In this document: positions 27,723 through 41,249 of the stretch, piece by piece | How the letters are laid out: each line of letters begins with the position of its first letter | Numbering within the stretch: the first letter of the stretch is position 1 | Origin: Bugula neritina | Taxonomy: Eukaryota > Animalia > Bryozoa | Assembly: GCA_964035545.1 (NCBI GenBank) | Contig: OZ037767.1 | Location: 24,444,628-24,508,627 of the forward strand | DNA: 64,000 nucleotides | Direction: 5' to 3' | The notes under the pieces: generated by a model | The model's database searches: none | What the model was told of the DNA's origin: nothing | The model's input: the letters and a program-made list of their open reading frames with translations, nothing else | Position numbers and translations under genes: made by a program

Positions 27723-30700
27723 GGGGGAATCTCAATACCACATTATAGACGGAACGTAAGCTTGATAAGTTTAAAGCTAATCCTTATTACGTAGGCCTGT
27801 AGCATATTTTCGAGAACAAAAAAACAATGTAATAAGCAATGAATGTGATTTTTATAAGAACTTAGTATAATTTTTTTATAACTGAAGTTGGTAAAGCTGA
27901 CATTTTTGAGAAGCTTTTGTGCGCCAGCTTAAAGACAGGAAGCACAATAACAGTGAGGTTAAACTTGAGCAAATATTGTGCAATAACATGAGAATGAGCA
28001 ATGCAGAAAAGACATTCTACAAATATAAAGCAATTGTAATAGTTATCAGTAGAATGTGACTCAATAAATCACAGTATTGCAAGAATTGAACAATGCGCAA
28101 GGAACCATTGGCGAATTGATCAATTAATTGAATTTTGCAAAAAACAGAAGCAGGCCTTTGTGTGACTTTCTAAATCTACTGAGTGAATTATGCATAAGTT
28201 GCGCCTTTACTTGGTTGATCATAGGGCCATGCATTGGGGGGGGGGGGGAGGAGAAAGGGGTACTAAATGCTAAATGTCATTAGTTTTGTTAAAAACCATT
28301 TTCCCCGTAGAAGCTAATGCAAGTTATTTGCATGCTTAAGTTTTCAGGTAACCAATTTTGAAGTTACTTGGCTTGCTATATGCTAAATACTAATTTATCT
28401 AATATCAAAATATCATACATAAAGTAGTTATTTGTGTACTTTAGTTGCTGCATGAGCTTCTGGAACAGTGACATGTATACACAGCAAAAATACTGTGGTC
28501 AAATTTTGAATTATAAAAGCACGTGCTTTGACTTTTACATTGGCAGCTCAATCTTTGTGGAAATTATGATAATGTTGTTATTTGACAACTTTACACTTTC
28601 CTACAAATTTATATTCATATAATTCAGCTTCAATGTTTCTTGGAATTGTGTCGCTTGAAACAGCTAAATGTATCGCATCACAAACCATTTGTCATAACAC
28701 AACACAATGTAATTATTAGGTAAGCATATCAAGAGATACGAGTGTCACTCAACAAAAGTTATCTATTGAGCATTAGTTGCTAGCAACAGTTTTTATTAGA
28801 AACTACTAGTCTATTAACTATGCAGAACAATTATTTTTAGAAACTTTTCTTCTAGTATTGCCTAGAAAAGCTTTTGGTACTTAATAAACTTAGTTCAATA
28901 ATATATATGTTGCATATTTATAGTGGGATTACTAAGTAAAACACAAAATTTTTACTCATCTATGCATTGTTTGAATAGAAAACAATTCCAAGTTTAATGT
29001 CAATCTCTGCAACTTATTACAAAGACTGTTTTAATTTTTAGGCGAGTGTGGAGTTATCTTCTTTATTTAGATTAGTTGTGTTTGTAGTTTATATTTTGTT
29101 CTTCAATACGATTTTCAAAATATATTGTTTTAGTTTTGGATAGCCCGATAATAAGAACAAGTTCAAAGTTCATTCAACACAACTTATAGCTGGCTTTTGA
29201 CAATATTGACAATACTAATTTAAAAAGCATACATTATATAAAAATGTAGCTGTCAAACATTCACATTTAAGCAAAAGACTTTCTTGCAGTATTAATTTTA
29301 TATTATAACAGACCTTAAAAATAGAAACTTCTCTCTACAAGTTGAAGAATTTATTGTGAATTAAACTATTTATCAAACCAGTAATCAGTATATATAATAA
29401 TAGCTATTAGGTGTTCATAGAGTAAATAATTGTTAGTATAATTTATGGTATTTACTGTGAACTGTTTAGCAGATGTGCACCAGCTACGAGTAAATGCATA
29501 CTTAAAAGATGTGTTTCATGCCAAGAAATAATGATAAATATTATCAAGTTAAAACATTTTGTTATCAAAAATTAACATAACCATGAATTATAATCAATTT
29601 AACTTTAATGTCTGTTTAGATGATTCAAGCCAATTTTTTTCAGTTCAGTAATATAACATAGTAAAATAGGGCTGGACAGTGAACATCATGATAAATGCAT
29701 TCAGTATATCATATAATATTATATAATATTACAATAAATCTATAGGTTTTTGCATGCATTATGCAATTGAACTTATTAAAGTATAAAAAAGTTTCAACCT
29801 GTAGTTTGCATAAAAGTAAAACCTCAACTGTATTTAGAGTTGTTTGTTGTTGAAATTTGTCCAATTTCTATCACTCTAAAGTCTGCACTATCACTAATAA
29901 TTTAGCTAAATTATTCTGGCTAAGTTGGTCTTTAGCTGACAGTATTGAAAGATATCAACTATAGAACTGATAATGTTTAAATGCTGCAGCAGGAAATATA
30001 AGTGGTGGCAGATGATAATTTGCTCTTGTGTGTAGCTTGCTTACAGAATTTGTCTTCCCTAGATCTTTAGTCTATCCATTAAGAAACTAGAATGTTCTAT
30101 AAGAATGACCACTGCCAAGTAATAAATTATCTCACAGCAGTTCATGTAAAGCTCTTTGTAATGTTAACTATTCTTTCATGACTTCATATTATATATTTAG
30201 ATCCATGGGTCTTGCATGTAACTGAAGGTCTAGTAGGATAACCAGGCATTGCATCCTTAATTTTCTTCAGGCTCACGTCCTAAAAGTTTACAAACAAAAC
30301 AATTATTTGAGCTGTATGTTTCAAGGTGCCAAAAGCAACATGCCAATAGTGAAGTTTGAACCTATAGGTACAGCACCTTACCACTTAGCAGTCTCAAGTG
30401 AGCGATTATGCACTACTGGCCTTAACCTATAACATATTGTGGTATCTCATAGGATAGTTTTAAAAGTGTTTTCAACCGTAAGATTTTCAGGTTTATCATT
30501 ACAAGTAGCTGTTGAACATTTAGCACAAATATTTTTATTAATAAGACAACTTTTGTTTTATATAATGAAAAGTTTTAAAAAAACTAACAATACACCGTTT
30601 TTAAATTTTTAGGCCAAGATACTATATAAAATAACGTTTTATAATTATGCAAATTTTGCAATACAACAGATCAGGGAAAGTAAAGACCCAGTTTAAACTT

Positions 30701-30931
30701 CTATGCTATTTGGTGCATATTTTACAAGTGCTCGGATCCTGAGATTATGAAATACTTAGATGTGCTTTTAGCTAGCTCTAAAACAACAAGCTGCATATTT
30801 ATAGCTGGCTTTGATTTACAACTTCTAAGTTGCAAGTCCTAACTAGTTTTTGCAATTGCCACAGGTACCGTTTTTTTAGCCCGTTTAGACTACTACCCTA
30901 TACTTTATTCTGGCAAAGTGACTTATTTAGA

Positions 30932-31155
30932 AGGAGCTGCCGTGGTCTAGGGGGTAGAGCACTGGCTTAGTAAACCCGAGGTCATGGGTTGATTTCCAGT
31001 AAAGGCCATTGGTGATGTTAGGAAGAGCATCCAGTCGTAATTGCTCCTGTGCCACATGTGAATTATAAGTCCTTAGCCAGCTTTAAAAAAGAACCTTTCC
31101 ATCAGCCGGGTTCTCACAGTGATAGTGACTATAAACTTTCTTTTAAGCTTTTTTT
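30932..31155 (+). mobile_element. tRNA-derived SINE, copy 4, with target-site duplication
   Basis: Full head and body; flanked by AAAGTGACTTATTTAG and AAAGTAACTTATTCAG. Confidence 0.92.
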
Positions 31156-32529
31156 AAAGTAACTTATTCAGATATCTAAAGGTAGTCAAAGAAGATTGGA
31201 AACTAGTCTATGTTATAAAACCAATTTCAGTAAAAAGCAAAATATTTTTTACTGTAATTGGTGTGTGCTGCGAGTATTACAACTAGTGAAGTTATAGTCA
31301 TAGCTTCCTATAGGTCATGCATACTCTGTCAACTTTGTTTGAACTGTTTATAGTTATCACGAAGCTGCTTTAAATGGATGTTGAGTAATTTTCCAAGCCA
31401 TTTCCTGATGCAATAACAAAAACAAATTCCAAGCTAGCATGTTAACCTTTAGACTATAGGTGTTACTGGGATCACAAAACCACAGTTACTTTGTGCATTC
31501 CAAATATTGGCAAATTTTGTATTGCTTTATTCAAATAATTAGATCTTGATTGTTTCCTGCTATTTTAACTGCGCCATTGGAAATTCCACAATTACCAATT
31601 TACGTCTGCTCGTACTTCCTTATATGTCAAATATCTAAATAGGTCAACATGGCTTTTGCAGCTGGCATGGGAACAATAATTTTCTATCTGTTTGTGTTAG
31701 TGTGTGGTTGCAAGATATGCTTTAACTACTAGCCAACTTGGCAACAGGTTTTCAAGTTTATTTACTCTCAAATCATACCAATATTGATGCATAGATAAAC
31801 TTTTTAGCCATCACAATGCCAAAACCGATAGTCTATTTTCACAAAGAGTGTAAATATTAGTGTCTAACTGTGTGCTCGTATAATGTTAAAAATGCTCCTC
31901 TCTGGCTGTTTGATTATGACACACTGACTCATGCAGTACAGTGAATTAGCACTAGCCCTGCCAGCTAATAATAGCTTTGGTGAAAGCTTTGAAGCCTGAA
32001 AGCTTTAATGATTGGCTGCCTGCCAATACATCTGGGTGGCATACCGATACAACTTGCCAACATAAGGCTTCAACTGTCATCGCCCATATATTATATATAG
32101 TTATAGACAACCAGCAATTATTATTCTTTATGCTTTGACAGCCACCCAAGTAACTGACATACAGTGAGGTGCTGATATGTGTGTACTGCTGTGTCTCACT
32201 CATATCTGGTTATTAAACGCCTTAGTTCCTTATTCAATAATGATTCTACTTGCTTTAAAATGAATAAATAAATAACTTCCTATAAATAATAAATTTTAGA
32301 AAGGTATGTCAAAAAATTATTTGTGAAATAATTTAGCATTTGATTTGTTTATAACCAAATAATAATAAGCTGTACTAGTTAAATGCATTGGAAACTCGAA
32401 GTTATCAATTCTGATAAATTGCAGTTTATTAGTTATGGTTTTGTACAATATTATGCACTGTTTTTGACCATTGCAATAACACAAAACTTATATATGAATA
32501 CTTTGGTATATTTTATATGGCAACATTAT

Positions 32530-32720
<191 letters not shown>

Positions 32721-33642
32721 AATTTAATATCTATAATTATATAAATGCATTGGTATCTTTTATATAATTTTGTGCTACATATTGCTATTATCATAGATGA
32801 TTATATCCATCTGTATAATTTTATTGATATTGTTCATTATGTACTGACCTGAGCTTAGCAAATAGTTCACACTGTCATTCACATCTAAAACAAATTAAAA
32901 CGTAACACTTGAGTAATCATATTTGTCTTCGTTGAATTTATTTTCTCCTAATTTTAGTTTACAAAGAAATATAGTGTTACAAATAGTAAATACAGCATAA
33001 ACTTATACGGAGCTACCCATTACAATTTTAAGGTTGTTGAATGAAGGGATGCTATTCTTTTCTATTATATGATAAATCATGCACCAAATACTAACTATTC
33101 AATTGCTGATTTTAACACCTTTGTACTTTTGTCACTTTTTTATGTAGCTATTTTATGGAAAAAACGTCTTTGCATATAAATATAAAGCAAATCACTTTTT
33201 TTCTCCTGCAAAGCCTTTTAAAATTAGACAACAATTAAGTAATCACAATGCAAAGCTGCCCCTTGAAACAAATGCACTTATTATTTCACCTGAAGAAAAA
33301 TTAGTGTAAATACACAGGCCAAAACATGGTACAGAAAGCTGGCATACTATAAAGTGTAATATCAATTTTATCAGAATATTTGCTAAAGAATTGTATTTCT
33401 AAATCCCCAGAGACACCTATCTTTAGATTTTCTGCTTAAAACTCAACACTTTTTGCAACTAGAAGACTATACATTCACCATAAAAATTCGTAAAGTTCAA
33501 AATGCTCATAGTACTTGACCATACGCGAAAATTTGTTGATCCTTGTCTAAATTTCTTTGTTTTTATGTTCTATAGCACAGGGTATAGCTTCAAATCTTAA
33601 TTTATTATTTTCTATACATATACAAATAAATTAGTCATTGAA

Positions 33643-36168
33643 TTAGTTCTCGGTCCATAAACTCATAAAAATTTTCATCAACTTCAAGCAAACTGAAAAA
33701 CTTTGGGTCTAACAAATGTATAATAATTATTCAAGATTAGAATTTCCTATAAACATTAATTAACTTTGTTTAGAGCAAAAAATGGTCTGAGGTATGTTTT
33801 CTAAGACTGTAAACATATAACACATCAACTTAATTTATAAGGTTACAATTTAAGTTTATAAAAAGATAAAACACGGCCATGAAATTCAAGAGACACTTGA
33901 AATTTTCAAAAATCTAAATCTAGTGTTGCTACTTTATTTCAAGTTCTAATGAAACAAGATTTAGTACTAACAATTTTGAAAGAGCTTTCATTTATCCATA
34001 ATTATTGTTGTGTGCGAACTAACCTTGGAGCTGACGAAAAAATTGTCTCTGTGATGCCAGAAGTTCATCTTGCTCTGCTTGCAAACCAGAAGCTGCTGCT
34101 AAACAAAACTCAGGAGTGACTATTGATTTGTTTGATGCTGCTGTTAGCTCAGATGGCTGAATTTTTTTTGAAGATGCTTGTTTTGCTCCTCCAACTGCTC
34201 TATCATTTGAATATACTTCCAGTTATCTGGTAAATCATTGGATAAAAATTAGACAAATAAACACTACTCTAACTGTTTTACTTTTTTACGTGTTAAAATC
34301 TCTGGATTGTAACAATTCTTGCTATGCGACGTATTATGCTTGCACCCTTACTCTGGTGAAGTTGCTCGTTTGCTTCTTCTAGCCTGGCTATCTTCAGTTC
34401 CCGTCTTTCTTCAGCCTGTGAAGCTCGATTAAGTTCCCTTGACTGCTGCTGGCATTCCTTTTCTAGCCTCTCAATTTTGTTTTGTAGCAGTTGGCAGACA
34501 TGAATATCTGAAGTTGATAAATAATAAAAACTATAGTAGCCAAGTTGAAATACAAAAAAATCATATATTTATGCTGAAATAAGTTTGAAGCAGTCTATAA
34601 ATCAAGCATGACATGTTCAATAACTAATATTGCACAATAACTAATTATACACCAGCTACTCATTCACTAACCAATTCGTGCACTAATTAACCGTATAACC
34701 ATTTAAAGAGTGCTTGATGCAGGATTGTAAACTTATAGTTAGAATTTTTATTTTCAGCAATACTGCAGTAAATGAATTAAAATATGGAAAGCTTTGGTCT
34801 CATTGAATTTCTCTCAATGAAATCACAAACTATACCTGTTTTGTCACAGTAAATCTTAGGGATATGCTCTTTTAAGTAGGCAGCCAGCCCATGCTGTGTA
34901 CTTCTCATTGCAATATCTTCCGCTGTGTATCCTTCATTATTTGTGAAATTCCACCAGCAGTGCTTGGGTTTCTCATCAAAAGATAACTGTTGCTTTATTA
35001 AAGCTTCAACAAATTCGGTGTGCCTATTCATGGTAGCAATGTGCAGCGCAGTTTGCCCGGAGTCAGTTTGGGCTTCCAACAGCGCATGGTGTTGGTTTGA
35101 GGTAACTGAGCCAAGTAGACATTGCAGAGTGCCAATCTTTCCAGCATATGCCGCACAGTGTAAAGGAGTGTTCCCATACTTATTTTTTTTAGAGAGCAAG
35201 GTGAACCATTGTTCTTCTGTGAGTGTATGAAGGAAGAAATTTAGTATTTCTATTCTACCAGAGTACGCAGCCTTATGAATTGGTGTACTTTCAATGTTGT
35301 CTTCAATGGAGGTCAGTTGATACCAACAGTCTATTGCTTTTGTTCTATTATACAACACTTTTACTGAGTCATTGCAACCATAAATAGCAGCTGCATGTAA
35401 TGGTGTAAATCCTTTGACATCTTGAATTTGTAGAAGTTTACCAACCATGTCATCAGATCGAAAAGAACTTACCAACTTTTTCAACACATCGGTATGATTA
35501 TGCAAGATGGCGATGTGAATTGGTGTGTTGCCATGTTTATTCTGTGTTTGCAAAGCTGCATACCAGCTAAGAATGGAAACTGATGCTCTCATAATAGCGA
35601 TAGCCTCGGAATCGCCTTGGTAAACCGCATGGTGAACTGCTGAATTTGCCAATTCTTCATCAGGAAGCTGTAACAGCTCATATCTCTCCGTCAATGTGAT
35701 CACCTCAAGGATACATTTCAGTGTTTCAGTAAAGCAATTGGAAGCTGCAATGTGTGCTGCTGTGTATCCATTTAATTTCTTCAGTTGCAAAATTTCAAAT
35801 CTTTGTTCTTTACTAATGCTTTCGAGGATAAGCTTCAACGCAATTGATTGGTTGTTGTAACATGCACAATGTATAGGAGTATGTCCATGCTGATTTTGGG
35901 CAGCCACTAATGAAATTCGCTGGTTCAATGGCACTGAGTAAAGGACATAGGCTATGACTTCCACGTGTCCACTGTAAGCAGTTTTGTGCAGTGCAGAGCT
36001 TCCAATTTTGTCCGGAATCTTAAGTAGCGCAAGCCACTCCTGTGTTGTTGCCCCCACAAGGTTTTTAATGCACTTAAGCATTCCGAGCTGCCCTTTAGAA
36101 GCTGCTTGTATTATTGCCGTGCTTTGATCAGTCACCAGAAGTTTTATCTCCTCCGCCTTCAGACTCAT
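33643..36168 (-). CDS. Ankyrin-repeat protein with C-terminal coiled coil
   Basis: One ~1.33-kb exon (ATG 36168 after acceptor TTTCAG; donor near 34836) encodes about 11 GxT(P/A)LH-type repeats. The exon at ~34507-34353 encodes CQLLQNKIERLEKECQQQSREL. The 3' exons (34228 or ~34100 to 34025; ~33692-33643) are tentative. Confidence 0.85.
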
Positions 36169-39100
36169 ACTGATTTGATTATTCTCCTGAAACAAATGAT
36201 GGCTGATACATACTACATTTAATATACATACCCAATCCAGATACTTTGTGTTGCTAATCTTCTAGGTAGAATATGAAATGAAACTGCAAAAGTTTGTTAA
36301 TATTGCTGTTTAATCCTTGCATACTGAAACAATGTTTACTAAACAATTACTTTTAGTTGTATCAATATACATCCACTATAATTCAGGCCACACCCTATTC
36401 GAAAAAGGTCACCAGAAAATGATTCATACTTTCACTGTATAAAAATGTAAAGCAGAAGAATAATGTTGGTATGTGAATGCTACTACCTTCTGTCAGTTTG
36501 TTAGAGCTGGGTTTAGAAAGATATAGTTTCTTTCCAATGCAAGAAGAATTTCAAAAGCCACTCCAAAGCCTGAGACCAAGAAATTCCTCTCTCTATGCCT
36601 GGAATATTAGATGCCTAAACTTGCCGATTGCTCTTACCCTAATGCCTGATTTGAGTTGCGTAGGCATGCTTTAACAATCTAAATTCTAACTCAACACCAT
36701 ATGAATATCTATATGATTAGTTGACATAATGTTATGTAGGTGGTGCCTGTGATAACAAGGAGAAACTTTTCTCCGAATATGATTGGTTAACATAGGTGAT
36801 GCTTGTAATAATAGTAAACTGCATTTTGTGCAGTCAAAAGTCAATATAGCAATAAATCGAATTTATATTCAGAAATACAAATAATGCATAATAGAAAGTG
36901 TCCAATGGCCTTTAAATACCAACAGCTGTACAAAAATGTAGATATTTGAGCTTGTAGGCAAGATAAAGACATGATGTGAGAGGAAATATGTGACCTGGCA
37001 CCACAAAACAAGGGATGTATATAAAATGTTGAAAACCTAATTATCATTATGGACTGATAGAGCAGACTTTTTCAAACATTTTGCACTTTATTTGACGTCT
37101 CTAGCATAAATAGAACTCGAGATATCAGTATTTAAAAACTTTAACGTTTTTAGAATTTCTAAATTACTGTTTCGAGAAAATCGCGTTTAAAGTTGGCAAC
37201 TCTAGAATAAGTTGAGAATTATTTGTTTACAATTTACAAGCCTTAGCAACGGGTCTTTGTATAAAAGAAATAGTGACAAATTTGGTATCAAAATAATTGT
37301 GAAAGTTTGGGCTTTCTGTTAAACTAAATTTCATGCTGCCTCAACATGTTAATTAGGTCAAATATGGCCACCAAACTTTTTGTCTAATTTATTTGTCAAT
37401 TTGCTTTTTACTTTGGTTAATGGTTGAAAGGTTTAACAATTCCAGCAAACAAGAGGATGTTTCAGCAAGTTTGTGTGTTAAGATATTTAAATTAGACATC
37501 CAAGTCAGCAGGAAGTCATATAAAACAAAATGGCAGCTGCTTCCTGTTATACATTGAATATCTTTCTCTCCTCTAATATATTGTGTAATATATCAAACTG
37601 CAGCTATTGAGCTGTGCTGTTTCATAATTATTGCTTAATGAGGAGAACACTTATGAGAAAATTATTTGACTATTATGCGATCATGCGAGGTTCATTCATA
37701 AATATCTTTATAATCTCTAACGGCAACTAATTTTAGCAATTGATTTGGCTGAGATGTTGAAAATATAAACATAAAATCAGCTATTAGAACTTTTGAGTTT
37801 TATTAGGCATTAATATTCACATTTAAAACATTAAATACATTATTTTAAAAACCAATTAAATGCAGTAAAAAATCCAGCCCGGATACAACCATTATGCTTG
37901 AATTAACTTTTATCAAGAAAAGAAAATTAGGTAGCTTCTACGGCTTTTGCAAAGAAGGCACTTATCATCTTTCTACTTCCTTGGTCTTCATAATATGAGT
38001 TTACGAAGTATGGACACATAACATCACGTGTGTGGCAAAAGCTTCATCACTATCATCAGCTGATTTTCTAGCAATTATAGATGCTGCTACTTGACATCCA
38101 TCCTGCCAATCTACCCACTTATTGTCTATTCCAGAGCTGAAAGTACAATTTTGACTTCTTTTAAGTAACAAAAGGAAACGGTAGCTTGATTAGAAATTAT
38201 ACCCAGTTATATTATAAAAATTTAGTTGGCTAAACACTCTTGTGGTACTATTATGGCAGCAGTTAATTGTGATCCTGCATTTCATTAACGTTTAAATTTA
38301 TTGAATTCAACAGAACAATTTGAATCAAAAAAATTATTGATAATTTTCAAGCACATCATTAAAAGACTGCAAACCTTTTTATGAATGAAATAAGCAGAAG
38401 CCATAACCTTGCAAGCCAAAATTCAGAGTGTCTACATTAGAAGTATTAGATTGATAGGTAGTAGAGTTGTGTAGGTATAAGTCTTCACTCTAATGCCCTC
38501 ACAAGTCCACTTTCTAAAATGTACAGAATATCGGATTATTCTATATTAACATAGTATTATCAGTAAAATTACACATTATGCACTTGAATATCTAGCATAT
38601 ATGCAATTGGCAATTTTGAAGCAATGTCTTTAGATAGGCATTTAATTGAGTAAAAAAACGCTAGCTAAGTGCAACTGAATCTATTAAAAACTTTTACTAT
38701 AAAATCAATTTGAATTCAATAAATTACTTTAAAATATAAATAAATTTTTGCTCATCTTATAATAAAATTAAAAAGTTTAGACTATTTATGCATTCAGTTA
38801 GTGTTACTAATCACTAAATAAGACTAAAAGTAACTTACTGAAAAACTAAGTCAGTCAACTATAGAATCATCACGAACTTGCATTAAGATTTCATCATTAT
38901 ACTCATTTACATTTAGTCACATTTATCATTTCAATTTGGTTACAGGTGATGCTTTTATCAATATAAATATGATTATCAATTAAGTTTTGACAGTAACACT
39001 AACTGTAAGCCTGCATAATGTGATAAAGGTTTTATCATTATATTTTAAATCAAACTTTGAGCTAATTTAAAAATCACAAAAGGAACCAGTAGTTTGACTA

Positions 39101-39577
39101 GTACTAGTAGTAGTAGATCTAATGTTAATACTAATAGTAATAGTAATTAGTTACTGTGTTGAAAAAATCTAAGACAGAGGCTAAAAGTTACTAAGACTAA
39201 GAGTAAGTCTAATGTAAATTGAAATATTAACTATAGAATAAATCAATAAATATAATACTATCAGTATGAGTATCAACATCAAGTTTTAAGAGCGAAGGCG
39301 AAACTCAGAGTCAGACTCAAATACTAATACAGTAATACTAATAGTAATACTAATAGTGAATTTATAATTATTAATTACTTATACTTATACTTATAGTTAT
39401 ACTATTAGTATTACTATTAGTATTAATATTAATCATTAATGAGCTACATTTGGTTTTACTACCAAATACCAGTATCACTATCAGTAGTCGTAGATCATGA
39501 ATAATATTCACTATGATTATCATTATGAGTAATCGTACCTCAAACTGTGAATCATAGTGAGAATCATTCAAATAGTT

Positions 39578-39591
39578 ACTAGTAGTAGTAA

Positions 39592-39689
<98 letters not shown>

Positions 39690-39690
39690 T
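39578..39690. repeat. (TAG)n microsatellite within a degenerate TAGTAT tract
   Basis: Direct reading. Confidence 0.95.
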
Positions 39691-40408
39691 AGAATAGTCA
39701 ATGGAATAGACTAAGACATACTGATACTCCTACTCCTAGTGATAGTCATAGTATAACTATAAGTATAAGTATTATTAAATTGATAACTACAAATAATCCT
39801 GGCAACAATTCTAAGTTAGTAGCGTAAATGATTGTTTTGAGTATAATTACCTGTATTGTTGTGGTTTTCAAGCTTGAACGCTAAAGATAAAGATTAAGTT
39901 CAGCATTTATCACCAAAGGGCAAAACAGCTCAGTAACTTAAAAGCTAACTTTGGATGGAACACGATGAAAAACTAAAACTAGCCTTCAATTTTAAATATG
40001 ATGCTTCTGACAATACGAAGAGAGGGGTGTAAGCTAAATTTATTTGATAAAAATAAATTTGCAAGATCTCACGCTATGAAAATGACTAAAATTGTCTTCT
40101 TTCTTTAATTGATAACTTCGCAATTTTTTCATCATTTAAAAAATTGAAAGCCTTAGTTACCAACTTTAAATGCAATTTTAGAGCTGAAGGAATCATCAAA
40201 TGCTTACGAAAGTATGATTTTTGAAATCCTTGGATTTTTTTGTATTAGAAAAGTCTAAAATCTAAAAATTGGAAATTAATTTCAAATTTAAGTATTTCCA
40301 AATTTAACCTTCATTTACTACACTTCATAAACGCCGCCACATCCCCGGTTTTGTCGCGACTGGTCACATATGTCCTGGGACTAATTGAAGTTATAAAAAA
40401 TATCAGTC

Positions 40409-40771
40409 ATGTGCAGTGTGAATTGTGTGTACTGTGTGAATTGTGTGTACTGTGTGAATTGTGTGTACTGTGTGTGCTGTGTGTGCTGTGTGTGCTGTGT
40501 GTGCTGTGTGTGCTGTGTGTGCTGTGTGTGCTGTGTGTGCTGTGTGTGCTGTGTGTGCTGTGTGTGCTGTGTGTGCTGTGTGTGCTGTGTGTGCTGTGTG
40601 TGCTGTGTGTGCTGTGTGTGCTGTGTGTGCTGTGTGTGCTGTGTGTGCTGTGTGTGCTGTGTGTGTGCTGTGTGTGTGCAGTGTGTGCAGTGTGTGCGTG
40701 TGTGCGTGTGTGCGTGTGTGCGTGTGTGCGTGTGTGCGTGTGTGCGTGTGTGCGTGTGTGTTGTGTGTGTG
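40409..40771. repeat. Compound GT-rich satellite (18-, 9- and 8-bp units)
   Basis: TGTGTGAATTGTGTGTAC x3, (CTGTGTGTG)n, (CGTGTGTG)n. Confidence 0.96.
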
Positions 40772-41249
40772 AAAAATATTGAAAGAGAACATTATGCAAT
40801 GCTTGCGATAACATTGTATTTCTTGAAATATTACAAATTACATAGCAATTAAAATTTATATTGCTACATCAGCACGGGATTGGCTCAAAAAGTTGATCGT
40901 TATAGTCAATGTCACCTAAGGTTAATATTAGAAAAAGACTAAAGGTAATATTATTATGCAAAAAAAAATACTTAATCATATTAAATCAAGTTTTCCGAAT
41001 ACTACAGCTAGTTCTTACCAGTCATTTACAACATTGCCTTGTTGGCTTTAACTTTTGATCATTAATTGGAAATTTTAATGCAATTGATTGGTTTTTGGTT
41101 ATAATGATTTTGTAATTGACACAAGCTAAATCTTAATTACAGGCTAATTAGTTTTACTTTAGCAAACTAAATAAGCAAATGCCCAATCACAGGCTCTGAA
41201 TTTTTTTCTGTCCAATAGCAGCTTGATAAAACATTTGAATGTTTGACAA

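Noticed and set aside
34925-35230. Antisense ORFs over the ankyrin exon and over pol (62348-62902, 63560-63796)
   Set aside because: Shadow frames of real coding sequence with no independent motifs.
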